A program made the translations under genes and the position numbers. Under the pieces are notes generated by a model, which saw nothing but the letters and a program-made list of their open reading frames with translations, made no database searches and was not told the DNA's origin. From Podarcis muralis (lineage: Eukaryota), in assembly GCF_964188315.1 (NCBI RefSeq), contig NC_135656.1, forward strand, positions 116,002,001 through 116,066,000: a stretch of DNA of 64,000 nt, in the 5' to 3' direction. This document shows positions 48,710 to 60,569 of this stretch, piece by piece; position 1 is the stretch's first letter; each line of letters begins with the position of its first letter.

Positions 48710-50239
48710 AAATTAGCAACAATGTATAGGACAAGCTCAAATATTTGCTAGAAATGTAAAGAAAAGGAAAGCACCTTTTACCGTATGTAGTGGAATTGTA
48801 AAGTAATAAAGGAATTCTGGGAAATGATATACAACAACCTGAAAAAAATGTTTAAAATAATGTTTGTTTAAAAAACCAGAAGCCTTTTTGTTAGGAATTG
48901 TAAGTGCAGAGATACCGAAAACACTGTTTATGTATGCTACAACAGCGGCAAGAATGCTGCTTGCCCAAGGTTGGAAAGAAAGCAAGGTCCCTACCAGAGT
49001 GGACTGGCAGAGCAAAATATTGGCTTATGCAGAGATGGCAAAAATGACGGGGAAAATCAGAAACCAGGAGGATCGAAACTTCAACAAAGAATGGGAGAAA
49101 ATTATACTATACTTGACAGACCACTGTAAACACCTGAACACTTTGGAAGGTCTTAAATGACTCTTGTAATGTTATATAGACTGGACACAATGGAGGGATG
49201 AAAATTTGGAGGACTTCTAGTATGCAGTTGAAAAAGTTATCTAAAGAACCCACAGAGGGGAGCAGGGAGGTCTTGAGGTTCGGAAGAATCTTGTGTATTT
49301 TTTATTATCTGTGATTTTGAATGTGAATCAATTTGTAAAATCAGATAAAAATTCTTCCCCCCCCCCCCCAACAAAAATCCACACAGGACTGGAAAAAGGT
49401 TATAACACTGGTTGCGCAGCTTGTGCCTTGAAAGCGTCAGCAAATTTTATTTTATATATTTAGGATATAGAAAGAAATGCCTTTCCTTGGGGGTGGAGAG
49501 TGTGGAAATCAAGGCAACTAAAAGAAGTAATTTTCAACAATTAAAGCTTTTAAAATAAAACTAGTCTTACAGAAATAACTATGCAGCAGTCAACCCCTCC
49601 ATATCGGTGAGCAAAAGCAGTGAATGCTATCGCCCATCCCCAGAATGTTCTGAAAAAGCCTGTGTGATGGGCAGTGAGCAGTGGCATAGCCACATCTGTT
49701 TCTCTTGGGAGGGCATTCCACAGCGAATGGTGCCACACTCAAAAAGACCCCGTCTTTCTCAACCACCCGCCCAAACTCAGGCAGCATGGGGGGATAGGAA
49801 GAAGGGAATGGATTCAGCAAAGCCAGAGCCTCACCCCACAAGAATGATCCCACACAGAAGGAAACGTGGTGTGTAAGTGCTTTCATTTTGGGAAGGCAAA
49901 GTTGATAACTTGAGTCATGATTTAAGATGCTGGGTTGCAGAGAAGATACAGGCCACATTCACACCATACGTTTAAAGCACTGTGATGTCACTTGGAACAG
50001 CCATGTCTTCCCCCAAATAATCCTGGGAGTTGTTACGGGTGCTGGAAATTGTCAGGAGATGTCCTAGTCCCATCACAGAGCTACAACTCCCAGAGTGGTG
50101 TAACGGTCAATATCTCTTCACAGGAAGCCTTGAGAATTGTAGCTCTGTCAGAATAGTCTTCTCAGGAGTTTGGACATACTCCTTTTGCATGGTGGCAGCA
50201 GGTTTAAATTCATTCAAATGAAGTTGGGAAATAATAACA

Positions 50240-50459
50240 CAGTGGTACCTTGGGTTAAGTACTTAATTCGTTCCAGACGTCCGTTCTTAACCTGAAACTT
50301 TAACTAATGGGGCCTCCTGCTCCCACCACGCCGCCGGAGCACAATTTCTGTCCTTATCCTGAAGCAAAGTTCTTAACCTGAAGCACTATTTCTGGGTTAG
50401 CGGAGTCTGTAACCTGAAGTGTATGTAACCTGAAGCATATGTAACCCGAGGTACCACTG
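50240..50459. mobile_element. Tigger-like MITE
   Basis: CAGTGGTACCTTGGGTTA...TAACCCGAGGTACCACTG. Confidence 0.82.
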
Positions 50460-50856
50460 TAATAATAATAATAAGAAGAAGAAGCAATAAAAACAATGGC
50501 ACAATTTTATATTCAGACCATTACAATGTTTCATTGTTGGGTCTCTGGACCGTAGTAAAGATTGTTTGATTTGACAATGATTAAAAATATATATGTAAAA
50601 AACTCTTTCATCTCCAAAAACAATTTTGAATCCGATACAGATGCAGGGAGGGATAGAAGCCCAAGAACAGCTCTTTCCAGTGGCCCTCCAGGTGTTAATG
50701 AACTACAACTCCCATCACCCCCCAGCAGGCGCGGCCCAATGGCCAGGAATTGTGGGAGCTGTAGTCCAAGCAACATCTGACGACCCGCAGGATTCCCCAG
50801 CCCTGTTCTTGCCCGAGAAAGCTCACAGAAAAGCAGCCCAGGCCTGTTTGGAAAAG

Positions 50857-51130
50857 GTTAAATCTACCGAGTGCGACCGCGATTCCTAGCAACGCCTGGC
50901 AATGTCAGAAGGGAAGTATCAGGAATTGCGAAGCCACTTCCTCCCCCCTCTCCACAAACCCCACTTTCTAAGAGAGCCCTGGTGGGAAACTGGCTTTTTA
51001 AAAAAAAATGAAATAAAATATAAATATATATTTCTCAGCTGCTGAGAGTGAGTCTGGATCAAAAGTGCCCTTATTCATGGGCCATGCACAGCGCAGAGAG
51101 CATTGCTAAGCCAGCCAAGGAGAGGTGAGT
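50857..51130 (+). promoter_or_regulatory. Putative promoter and first exon of gene G (donor GAG|GTGAGT at 51124/51125)
   Basis: GGTTAAATC...CCGAG...TTCCTAGCAAC; exon end paralogous to gene F. Confidence 0.55.
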
Positions 51131-51365
51131 GCAAAAAGTGGGGGGCGGTGGGCATTGAAAGCTGAGAAATAATTTCCAGGGGGACACAAAGGAACAGCAC
51201 GAGCTGCTGCAAAGGAGCGAAACCACTTTTGCAAGGGGAGAGGGGGAGAGAGGAGAACAGCCTTCTGAGAGATGCAACAATAGGGGCGGGGGAGGAACAC
51301 AAAACCCTGACACTTCAATTTTGTTTGGGTCTGACCTCCACATCTGTGGCTTCTTGCTAGTAAGG

Positions 51366-52049
51366 GTTGTTGTTGTTGTTTAGTCGTTTAGTCGTGTCCG
51401 ACTCTTTGTGACCCCATGGACCAGAGCACGCCAGGCACTCCTGTCTTCCACTGCCTCCCGCAGTTTGGTCAAACTCAGCTAAGTAGCTTCGAGAACACTG
51501 TCCCACCATCTCGTCCTCTGTTGTCCCCTTCTCCTTGTGCCCTCCATCTTTCCGAACATCAGGGTCTTTTCCAGGGAGTCTTCTCTTCTCATGAGGTGGC
51601 CAAAGTATTGGAGCCTCAGCTTCACGATCTGTCCTTCCAGTGAGCACTCAGGGCTGATTTCCTTCAGAATGGAGATGTTTGATCTTCTTGCAGTCCATGG
51701 GACTCTCAAGAGTCTCCTCCAGCACCATAATTCAAAAGCATCAGTTCTTCAGCGATCAGCCTTCTTTATGGTCCAGCTCTCACTTCCATACATCACGACT
51801 GGGAAAACCATGGCTTTAACTATACAGACCTTTGTTGGCAAGCTGATGTCTCTGCTTTTTAAGATGCTGTCTAGGTTTATCATTGCTTTTCTCCCAAGAA
51901 GCAGGCGTCTTTTAATTTTGTGGCTGCTGTCACCATCTGCAGTGATCATGGAGCCCAAGAAAGTAAAATCTCTCACTGCCTCCATTTCTTCCAGTTCTAT
52001 TTGCTAGGAGGTGATGGGACCAGTGGCCATGATCTTACTTTTTTTGATG
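51366..52049 (-). mobile_element. BovB (RTE) LINE, 5'-truncated
   Basis: LDSILKSRDISLPTKV.IVKAMVFPVVMYGSESWT...LQYFGHLMRREDSLEKTLM; (CAA)n tail. Confidence 0.93.
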
Positions 52050-52547
52050 GTGGAAACCTGCAAAGGCGAGATTTTGCCCCCCTTGAAAACCAGTGGGATA
52101 GGGAGCTGGAGTCTAGGAGACAGTGACACTTGGAGGGCTTCAACAGAGGATTAGACAGATTCATGGAGGAGAGGGTCTTGCTTGAAACCTGCAGGCATTG
52201 TGTGAGCAGTGTTAGAAATTAGCTAGCTGCCTGGCGCAGTTTGCTACTGGCTTAGGTCCAGTCATGACTATGTGGAGATCTCTGGGTGCCAGGCTGACGA
52301 CTGACATCTCCATCTGGCTGCCCCCCCCCCCCAGCTTTCTTAAGGAGAAGATCTTGTTTATTGCATTTATATCCCACCTTTTTATCCAAGGACTACATGG
52401 TTCACACACACACCCTCAGTTGATCCTCACAACGACTCTGTGAGGTAGGTAAAGAGGCTGCGACTGGCCCAAGGTCACCCAGTGAGCTTCATGACTGAGT
52501 GGGGATTCGAACGCTGATCTCCCAGGTCCTTTTCCGACACTCTAACC

Positions 52548-52683
52548 CAGTGTCTCCCAAATTTTGGTCTCCAGCTGTTTTTGGACTACAACTCCCATCA
52601 TCCCTAGCTGGCAAGACTAGTGGTCAGGGATGATGGGAACTGTAGTTTGAAAGCAGCTGGAAACCTAAGTTTGGGAAACACTG
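52548..52683. mobile_element. hAT MITE
   Basis: CAGTGTCTCCCAAA/TTTGGGAAACACTG TIRs; 8-bp TSD ctctaacc/ctctaatc. Confidence 0.78.
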
Positions 52684-52838
52684 CTCTAATCACAACAACA
52701 TCCTGGCTTCCTGGAGAACTTCTGCTATGGGGCAGATCTATAAATTAAGTTGGTAAATAAATATGGGCAGAACAAAATGTCATTTAGAGAAGGATCTGAA
52801 ATACTTTCCTTGAAGCTTGGATTTGTTTTACTCTGGAT

Positions 52839-52975
52839 CGGGCATAGGCAAACTCTGGCCCTCCAGATAATTTGGGACTACAATTCCCATCACTCCTAGC
52901 TAACAGGGTCAGTAGTCAGGGATGATGGGAATTGTAGTCCCAAACATCTGGAGGGCTGGAGTTTGCCTATGCCTG
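52839..52975. mobile_element. hAT MITE
   Basis: GGCATAGGCAAACTC/GAGTTTGCCTATGCC TIRs; perfect 8-bp TSD ctctggat. Confidence 0.85.
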
Positions 52976-53415
52976 CTCTGGATTGGTTTATTTGGTGTTT
53001 TAATGTGTTGTAAACCAGAGCAGGACTCTCTTTTTTAATTTTAATTTTTGATTTTCGGCTTTTACAAACACTTTAGCCAGAAAAACAAAGTCTTTACAAA
53101 TGCACTTCTTATGTTCTTTTGCTCTGCAGCTATCACTGCCCCGTGGGGCTTACTATTTACCATTCTTATTCTCCCTCTCTCTCTCTCTCTCTCACACACA
53201 CACCCTGGCTTTGTCTCTCTTCCTGTTTAGGACAAGCCCATCTTCCTACTTGAGAACCGGACGGGAGACCCTTGATTGTGACTCCAAGAGAAGCCCCTTA
53301 ACTCTAGAGGGTTAAGACATCGGAGGCTGTCCCGCGTTGGAAGCGGGAGACTGGAATAGTTTGAAAGACAAGCAGGGGGACGCAGCTAGCTGCAGGCACC
53401 CCAGAGCCTCTGAAA

Positions 53416-54126
53416 ATGGAGGAGCAGGACACGGCTGGCTCCAAATTGTGGCAGGGGATGCAGGGGGAAGGAAAGAGAGTCCCGCAAGAGGTCCATGTGG
53501 GGAGCATTGGGACCTTCGTGAGCAAGGATCTCCCACCACAGATCAAGCGGGAGCCAGAGGAGGGGCTGCTGCAGCAGCACTGGGAGACCCAGTGGCAGCA
53601 GTTCTTGCAGAGCGTGCAGGCCCCAGACTCCAGGTCACAGCCTCATCCCGCCTCCAGAGAGGAAGCCAAGGAGATCCAGGCCTCATTCCAAGGTGTCACT
53701 AATGCCTCGCAGTGGTCGAGGGGTGGCTGGGTCACCCAGGCTGTGCCGGGCCTCGGCGGGGAAGCCCAGAAGGTCTACCGAAGCCTGGACTCCTTTGTGA
53801 AGGTGAAGGAAGAGGCCGCAAGCGAGGGGGCCCTGCGGCCGGAGACACGGCGCCAGCGCTTCCGCCACTTCTGCTACCAGGAGGCCAAAGGGCCCCGCGA
53901 GGTTTGCCAAAGGCTCCGGGAGCTGTGCTGCCAGTGGCTGAAACCGGAGAGGCAGACCAAGGAGCAGATCCTGGAGCTGCTGATCCTGGAGCAGTTCCTG
54001 ATCATCCTGCCCCTGGAGATGCAGAGCTGGGTACGCGAGAGCGAGCCGGAGAGCTGCGCCCAGGCAGTGGCCCTGGCAGAAGGCTTCCTGATGGGGCGGC
54101 AAAACGGCAAGAGATGCGGCCAGCAG
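53416..54126 (+). CDS. Gene G coding exon 1: SCAN with partly deleted Gag N-terminal region
   Basis: [48 protein letters not shown]; acceptor at 53230/53231; donor CAG|GTGAGA, phase 0. Confidence 0.92.
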
Positions 54127-54660
54127 GTGAGAGGCCTCGATGGCGGGCAGATTGCAAGAAGGAGTGTGGGTTGGGTTTGGAGGCGATCCACTTTGTGTGA
54201 TGCTTGATTTTATCTTATTATTTATTTATTGGTTGCTTTTTTGCCGTAGAAACTCAAAGCAGCTTGCAGCATTTTAAGCAATACAACGAAACATCCCTCC
54301 CATGCATAAAGGCCATAGACAGTGAAAAGTCAAAGGCCTGGGGAGAGAGAAATGTTTTTGTCTGGTTCCCATAGGAGCCAACCTCTAGGAGCCAAGGTTT
54401 TTTTGCCCCCCCATAAAATATTTCAGGGGTCCGGGCCCCCCCAAAGTTGATGGGCATTGCCATTGTGTGATGTCTTGTGATCGATTATGCAGAGCAAGGC
54501 TTACCTGGCACCCCCCACCAATATTTTATTCAAGTTGGCACCCCTGCTGCCACATAAAGATATGTAAGGAAGGCACCTGGCGAGCCTCCCTGGGGAGAGC
54601 ATTCCACAAGCGGGGAGCCACCACAGAAAAGGCCCTCTTCTAGTGTTGCCATTATTACTA

Positions 54661-54886
54661 CAGTGGTACCTCGGGTTAAGTACTTAATTCATTTCAGAGG
54701 TCCGTTCTTAACCTGAAACTGTTCTTAACCTGAAGCACCACTTTAGCTAATGGGGCCTCATGCTGCTGCCACACCGCCAGAGCACAATTTCTGTTCTCAT
54801 CCTGAAGCAAAGTTCTTAACCCGAGGTACTATTTCTTGGTTAGCAGAGTCTGTAACCTGAAGCGTATGTAACCCAAGGTACCACTG
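54661..54886. mobile_element. Tigger-like MITE
   Basis: TA-CAGTGGTACC...GGTACCACTG-TA. Confidence 0.85.
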
Positions 54887-55359
54887 TATTATAGTAACAC
54901 TCACACATAACAGGCAAAATGTGGGTTAGCATCATCATCTGGTTCCCCATCTTATTTATTAACAGCCTGATGGCCACCAGGGAGTGGGGGTGGGCAGGCA
55001 AATAATGGCTGTGGTGGTGAAGGCGCCACACGCAAAATGGTTGCTTTCCCAAATGTGGCCTCAACAGTGTTCACAAACAGGCCCATTGGAGCTGACTACC
55101 AGTGCAGCCAAAGAAGCAACGGTGTAACAGTTCTAAATATCACTTCATTATTATTCACATACTGCTGGTTGTAATGAGGAGAGGCAGAGGGCTCTTGTGT
55201 TCGAATCCTTCTTGCCGGTTTCCCACAGACATCTGGTTGGCCTCTGTGAGAAGAGGATGCTGGGCTTGGATGGGCCACTGACCTGGTATCTAGCTGCGTT
55301 CTTAGGTTTTTAATGTATGTTCTTAATGTCTGTCCATCCGCCTCCCCGCTCTCTTTCAG

Positions 55360-55486
55360 CTGCCAGCACCTTTTGCGGAGGTGGCTGTGAATTCCTCCAA
55401 AGTGGACCAGATCCTGTCCGACACTTGGAACAGGCAGCTCTGCAGAATAGCCAAGCAGGATCAGAGCAAGGAGGAAAACCAACTCA
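55360..55486 (+). CDS. Gene G coding exon 2: degenerate KRAB-A-like exon (donor at 55486 or 55492)
   Basis: ctctttcag|CTG...PFAEVAVN...; both candidate donors are phase 1 and in frame. Confidence 0.68.
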
Positions 55487-55614
55487 GTAATGGTGAACAT
55501 GGAGGGTCTGATCAGGGGGTGGGAAAACCTCCAGCCTGGGGGTTTGAAATCTCTCCTGGGCAACCTCCTGAGAGCCGCATGCCAGGGGTGGGTGGTGCCA
55601 GTGGCAAAAGAAGT

Positions 55615-55650
<36 letters not shown>

Positions 55651-56224
55651 GGCATCCCTTCATCTGTAGATCTCTGGGCAGTTCACAACGTAAAATTACG
55701 ATACATAAAAACACAAAATATATAATAAAAAGAACAACAAAACAAACCAATAATCCCTGCTTTTATCTCAGATTTTAATCTTTAAGATGTTGTTGTACAG
55801 TGTTTTAAATGTGTGGTTTTTTATTCTTGTGAAAGCTGTCCCAGTTGTGCTTTTTGAGCTGGTCTTTGCCCTTAATATAATTATATATGCATGTAATCCC
55901 CGCTCCCACAACACATTTAAAAGGGCATCGGATGTCAATCAGCCAAAGTCCTGGCTGAAGAGGAACATTTTTACCTGGTGCCTAAATATGCATAATGAAG
56001 GCACCAGGTGAACCTCCCTAGGGAGAGCACACCACAAACAGGGAGCCACCACAGAAAAGGCCCCTTCTCATGTTGCCACCCTCCGGACCTCTCATGGAGG
56101 AGGCACACAAATAAGGGCCTCAATTGACAATCACAGGCTCCGGGACGGTTCATATGGGAAGAGGTGGTCCTTGAGGTATTGCAGTCCTGAGCCTCTATAT
56201 AATAAGCTCTTCTTATCTCCGCAG

Positions 56225-57039
56225 CCGACGAGCAGGTGGGAGATAACCTTCATCACCAGGAAGGCTCCGACCAGGTGGAGCCGCATGATGCATCGATGAG
56301 AATCGGCTTGGTCTTCCAGAATTACGAGGAGGGAACTGTGTTGTTGGGTCAGAAGGCGCTGGCAGGCAAACAGGACCCCGAAAGTAGAACGGGTGGAGCT
56401 GTAGCCTGTTGGGAAGGCGGCTTCCGCAGGAAGGAACCCAAAGCCCAGGATTGTGTGGAGGCGAAACCGCACAGCGACACCAACGGAAGCTTCCGGCCGA
56501 GCCAAAGCGTCCTTAAGCGGGAAGCAGTCTCCAGGGACGAGAAACCGTTCAAGTCCTCGGCCTTTCCTCCGAGCCCAGGCCTCCTCGTCCCCCACGAGAG
56601 GAGCCACGCGGGGGACAGGCGATATAAATGCTCTGAGTGTGGGAAGAGTTTCAACCAAAAGCGGTACCTGGCGGGGCACCGGAGAATCCACCGAGGGGAG
56701 ACCCCATACAAATGCTCAGACTGCGGGAGGAGCTTCAACCGGAAGTGGAACCTCATTGCTCACAAGAGAATCCACTCGGGGGAGAACCCGTACAAATGCT
56801 CGGACTGCGGGAAAACATTCAGCCAGAAGGGTAACCTTATGACCCATGTGAGGATCCACACGGGGGAGAAGCCCTACAAGTGCGCCGAGTGCGGGAAGCG
56901 CTTCAGCCAGAGGGCAGGCCTCACCTCGCACAGGAAGAGCCACATAAAAATCAACAGCGTAGGGAAAGCCACCTTGGGGTATCTGATTTTCCTAAACCTC
57001 AGCGAATCTGGGCAAGAGGGGAACCCTGTAGAAGATTAG
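56225..57039 (+). CDS. Gene G coding exon 3: 1 decayed plus 4 intact C2H2 fingers
   Basis: Acceptor cttatctccgcag|CC; ORF 56236..57039. Confidence 0.9.
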
Positions 57040-57922
57040 GAGTTGGGCAGGAAGCTCCGTGCAGAGCTCGAAATCATCCTTTGTCCGGGGAAAAGGAAAG
57101 GAAAGAGGAAACCCTTAGAATTCCCAGCTGTGATAGAAACAGGCTGCAGACGCGTAGGATTGAGAAGAAGTTCTGTAAATGCTGTGACTGAATGACACTG
57201 GGACAGAACTATCACTCGCAGCTCATCAAACGGCAGGCTGTGTGGCACGAGACTCTTAATTGTAGGTTCGAGCTGCATGTTGGGCAAAGGGTTCCTGCAT
57301 GGCCGGGGGTTGGACTAGATGACCCATGTGGTCCCTTCTGACTCTGCAATCCTATGAAAAGTGTTCTGGGCTATATGGGAAGGGCTGCATCTCAGTGGTA
57401 GAGCGTGTGCGTTCAATTTCTGACATCTCCAGTTAGCGTCAACGATGCTAAGCTCGATGGACCAGTGGTCTGCCACAGAATGAGGCAGCGTCCTTTGTTG
57501 AAGCAGCTCTCATTTAGAAGGACTGGAATCTCACTTAGTCTTTAATAGACCAAAACTCAGAGGTAGAGCATCTGTTTTTACATGCAGAAGGTCTAAGGCT
57601 CGATCTCCGGCCTTTCCAGATAGGGCATTCATCTGCAGAACCAATGCTCAGTAAAGGCCAGACGTAGTCTGACCTCCGTGTAAGCGTTCTGCAAGCAAAA
57701 TGGAATGAATGCTGAAGAAACAGGTTGCCTGGAGGAGCCCAGGTCTGACCAGGGTTTACGTGGGTGGAGGTGGGCAGCTAAACTCGGTGGTCCTGTGGAC
57801 TTTGCTGCAGAACAGCATGTCCTAAAGGCACACCAACAGGCTGCTTCAAAAGTTGACAGTCGTAGTTTATGGCCCTGAGGGTCTTGATTCAGCATCAGAA
57901 GGCCCTGGGTACTTTGGGGATA

Positions 57923-58164
57923 CAGTGGTACTTTGGTTCTTGAACTTAATCCATTCTGGGAGTCCATTCGACTGCTGAAACCGTTCAAAAACCAAGGCAC
58001 AGTTTCCAATTGGCTGCAGGAGCTTCCTGCACTCAAGCGGAAGCCACATTGGATGTTCAGCTCACGAAAAACTTTCACAAACCGGAACACTTACTTCCGG
58101 GTTTGCGGCGTTTGGGAGCCGATTTGCTCGGGAGCAAAGCCGTTCAGGAACCAAGGTACCATCG
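57923..58164. mobile_element. Tigger-like MITE
   Basis: TA-CAGTGGTACTTTGGTTC...GAACCAAGGTACCATCG-TA. Confidence 0.75.
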
Positions 58165-59125
58165 TATTCTTCCGCAAGCCAGCTGCTATGTTTTCTGCAA
58201 GGCATTAACATAGTCGAGGGCACCCTTGGAATCTTTAGGCACCCCACACAATTATTCTCTAGGCTGCCTCCATGGTGCAACCGGCGCAGACCATTTGTTT
58301 GTGTTGCATTCAAAATGATTTTCGTTTTTGATAAAAAAATTAAAAGCCAGAGCACAGCTTCAAAAGGTTAGTGGGAAATGATTTGGGGTTTTTAAAGAAC
58401 CACCTTCTAGAATCCAGTGTTTTTGGATTGTAGTTATACGTACCAAATAATTACAAAAACAATCTATGCAGACCATGAGAGGGTTCCATGCGATTAATGT
58501 GCCACAACATTCACCAGCTTGATGCTGTCCATCTCTCATCAGCCCCAGCTGTAGTCCAAAACATCTCAAAGGTGCCTGGTTGAAGAAGACTGACACACTG
58601 AACAGATTAGACTGGCCTCTGTGCTTTGCCTTCCCAGCCTCCAAAACTCACTTTCCCCCCAGAGCTTCACACCATTCCTGTTCCCTTGGCCCCAAGCTAG
58701 AATTTTCTTACAGCCCAGCCGACATCCTGTTCATCATCTCAGCAGAAGTTTGCTTATTGCCAACGTTCTGTGGCTGGTCAGTCCCCCCTCTGTGACCTCA
58801 CAGGGGCTCAGCCAATGGCTGCAAAGAGGGAACGGGCACCAAAAAAGCAAAATGGGACACTGGGGGAGGGAATAATAAAACCCCAGGAAGATGCTTTAAA
58901 AATGAGCAACGTTTTACTTAATTGGGAAAGGGCACAACAAAGAAAGGGAAAAAAACCTCAGTGTTATAAAGCTTAGCTCTCAAAAGTTTGCTCACATTGC
59001 AATAAAATTTGTTTGCCTCTTTGTTTTTCTTGTGTTGGTGGATTAACACATCTGCTTTTATGGAATCAATATCTGGGCAAGCTCCACGTTGCAGTTTTCT
59101 AGTATTCCCTTTCTAAGCCCTAGAT

Positions 59126-59377
59126 CGTGGGTAGGCAAACTAAGGCCTGGGGGCCAGATCAGGCCCAATCGCCTTCTAAATCCGGTGCGGACGGTCCGGA
59201 AATCAGCATGTTTTTACATGAGTAGAATGTGTCCTTTTATTTAAAATACATCTCTGGGTTATTTGTGGGGCGTAGGGATTCATTCATATATTTTTTTCCA
59301 AAATATAGTCTGGCCCTCCACAAGGTCTGAAGGACAGTGGACCGGCCCCCTGCTGAAAAAGTTTGCTGACTCCTGCC
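59126..59377. mobile_element. hAT-like MITE
   Basis: gggtaggcaaac...gtttgctgactcctg; interior matches 24276-24492. Confidence 0.65.
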
Positions 59378-59645
59378 CTAGATTCCAGGACCGTGCAAAG
59401 GAATTGATTGGCAGAAAGAGTCCAAAGCAGAAAAAAACTTCAGAAAAGTGGAGCACCCATATTCCAAGAAAAGTGGAGCACCCATGTACCTCTGCTGATT
59501 GGTTGATGCTGTAGCCCAAGAGGGCGGGAATTTTCTCCGCCTGGAGGGCTGAATTCCCTTATGAGCAAATTTATCAGGAAGTCACATGCCAGGGGTGAGT
59601 GGGGCCAGAGGCAAAAGTGGGGGGGGGCGAGTAGGCTAGTTTCTA

Positions 59646-59783
59646 CAGCTGGTTAGAGCGAGGTGCTGATAATGCCAAGGTTGCAGGTTCAATCCCCATC
59701 AGGGACAGCTGCATATTCCTGCATCACCGGAGGTTTGACTCAATGATCCTCAGGGTCCCTTCCAACTCTACAAATCTATGATT
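59646..59783 (+). mobile_element. SINE: tRNA-Ile-like head plus CR1 tail
   Basis: ggttagagcgaggtgctgataatgccaaggttgcaggttcaatcccc, then cctgca...cccttccaactcta. Confidence 0.7.
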
Positions 59784-59987
59784 GTAAGACTTACACCCCA
59801 CTCTAGCCTCCTTCCAGGGAAGCAAGCGACATCGTCCGAGTTCAAGGACACATTCCAGCCAGGCATAAACACTCAAGGAGGGTGTGGAGCAGGAAGGGTC
59901 AGGGGTGTGTTGAGAGTGTTCAGAGCAGCAGGTGGAGAGGCCTAGCAAGCCACCTTTGCCCATCTAGCATGAGGATGCAGCCAGAGA

Positions 59988-60343
59988 ATAATAATAATAA
60001 TTTATTATTTGTACCCCACCCATCTAGCTGGGTTTCCCCAGCCACTCTTGGGTGGCTTCCACAGAGACCAAAAATACACTAAAATGTCACACATTAAAAA
60101 CTTCCCTGAACAGGGCTGTCTTCTGAATGTCAGGTAGTTTTTTATCGCTTTGACATCTGATGGGAGGGCGTTCCACAGGGCGGGCGCCACTACCAAGAAG
60201 GCCCTCTGCCTGGTTCCCTGTAGCTTTGCTTCTCGCAATGAGGGAACCGGCAGAAGGCCCTCGGCTCTGGACCTCAGCGTCTGGGCAGAATGATGGGGGT
60301 GGAGACGCTCCTTCAGGTATACTGGGCTGAGGCCGTTTAGGGC
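59988..60343 (-). mobile_element. L2 3' fragment
   Basis: [25 protein letters not shown] plus ATT tail. Confidence 0.8.
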
Positions 60344-60526
60344 AAGGGAGAGCTTCCACCTGGAAGCCTTGCTTGCAAGTTTCCAGTTACCTGCGTCTTT
60401 GCTCTTGGAAGGAAAACCATGGCAAGGTGTGCTCCAGAAGGGCTTTATACATTTTATCCCTTTGTGGGCACCTCACAGCCCCGAAGTAGACCTGACCAGG
60501 GCTTCATTCATGCCACAAATCTCATA

Positions 60527-60527
60527 A

Positions 60528-60569
<42 letters not shown>

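Larger units (their letters stand above)
47409..49373 (+). mobile_element. 5'-truncated L1 (ORF2 3' part plus 3'UTR) with nested Sauria SINE and BovB
   Basis: DISKFIWQGKKPRIK...RGGFSLPDLRLYY and YHWYLTPSKLAK; 13-bp TSD aaaatccacacag (47396-47408, 49374-49386). Confidence 0.85.
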
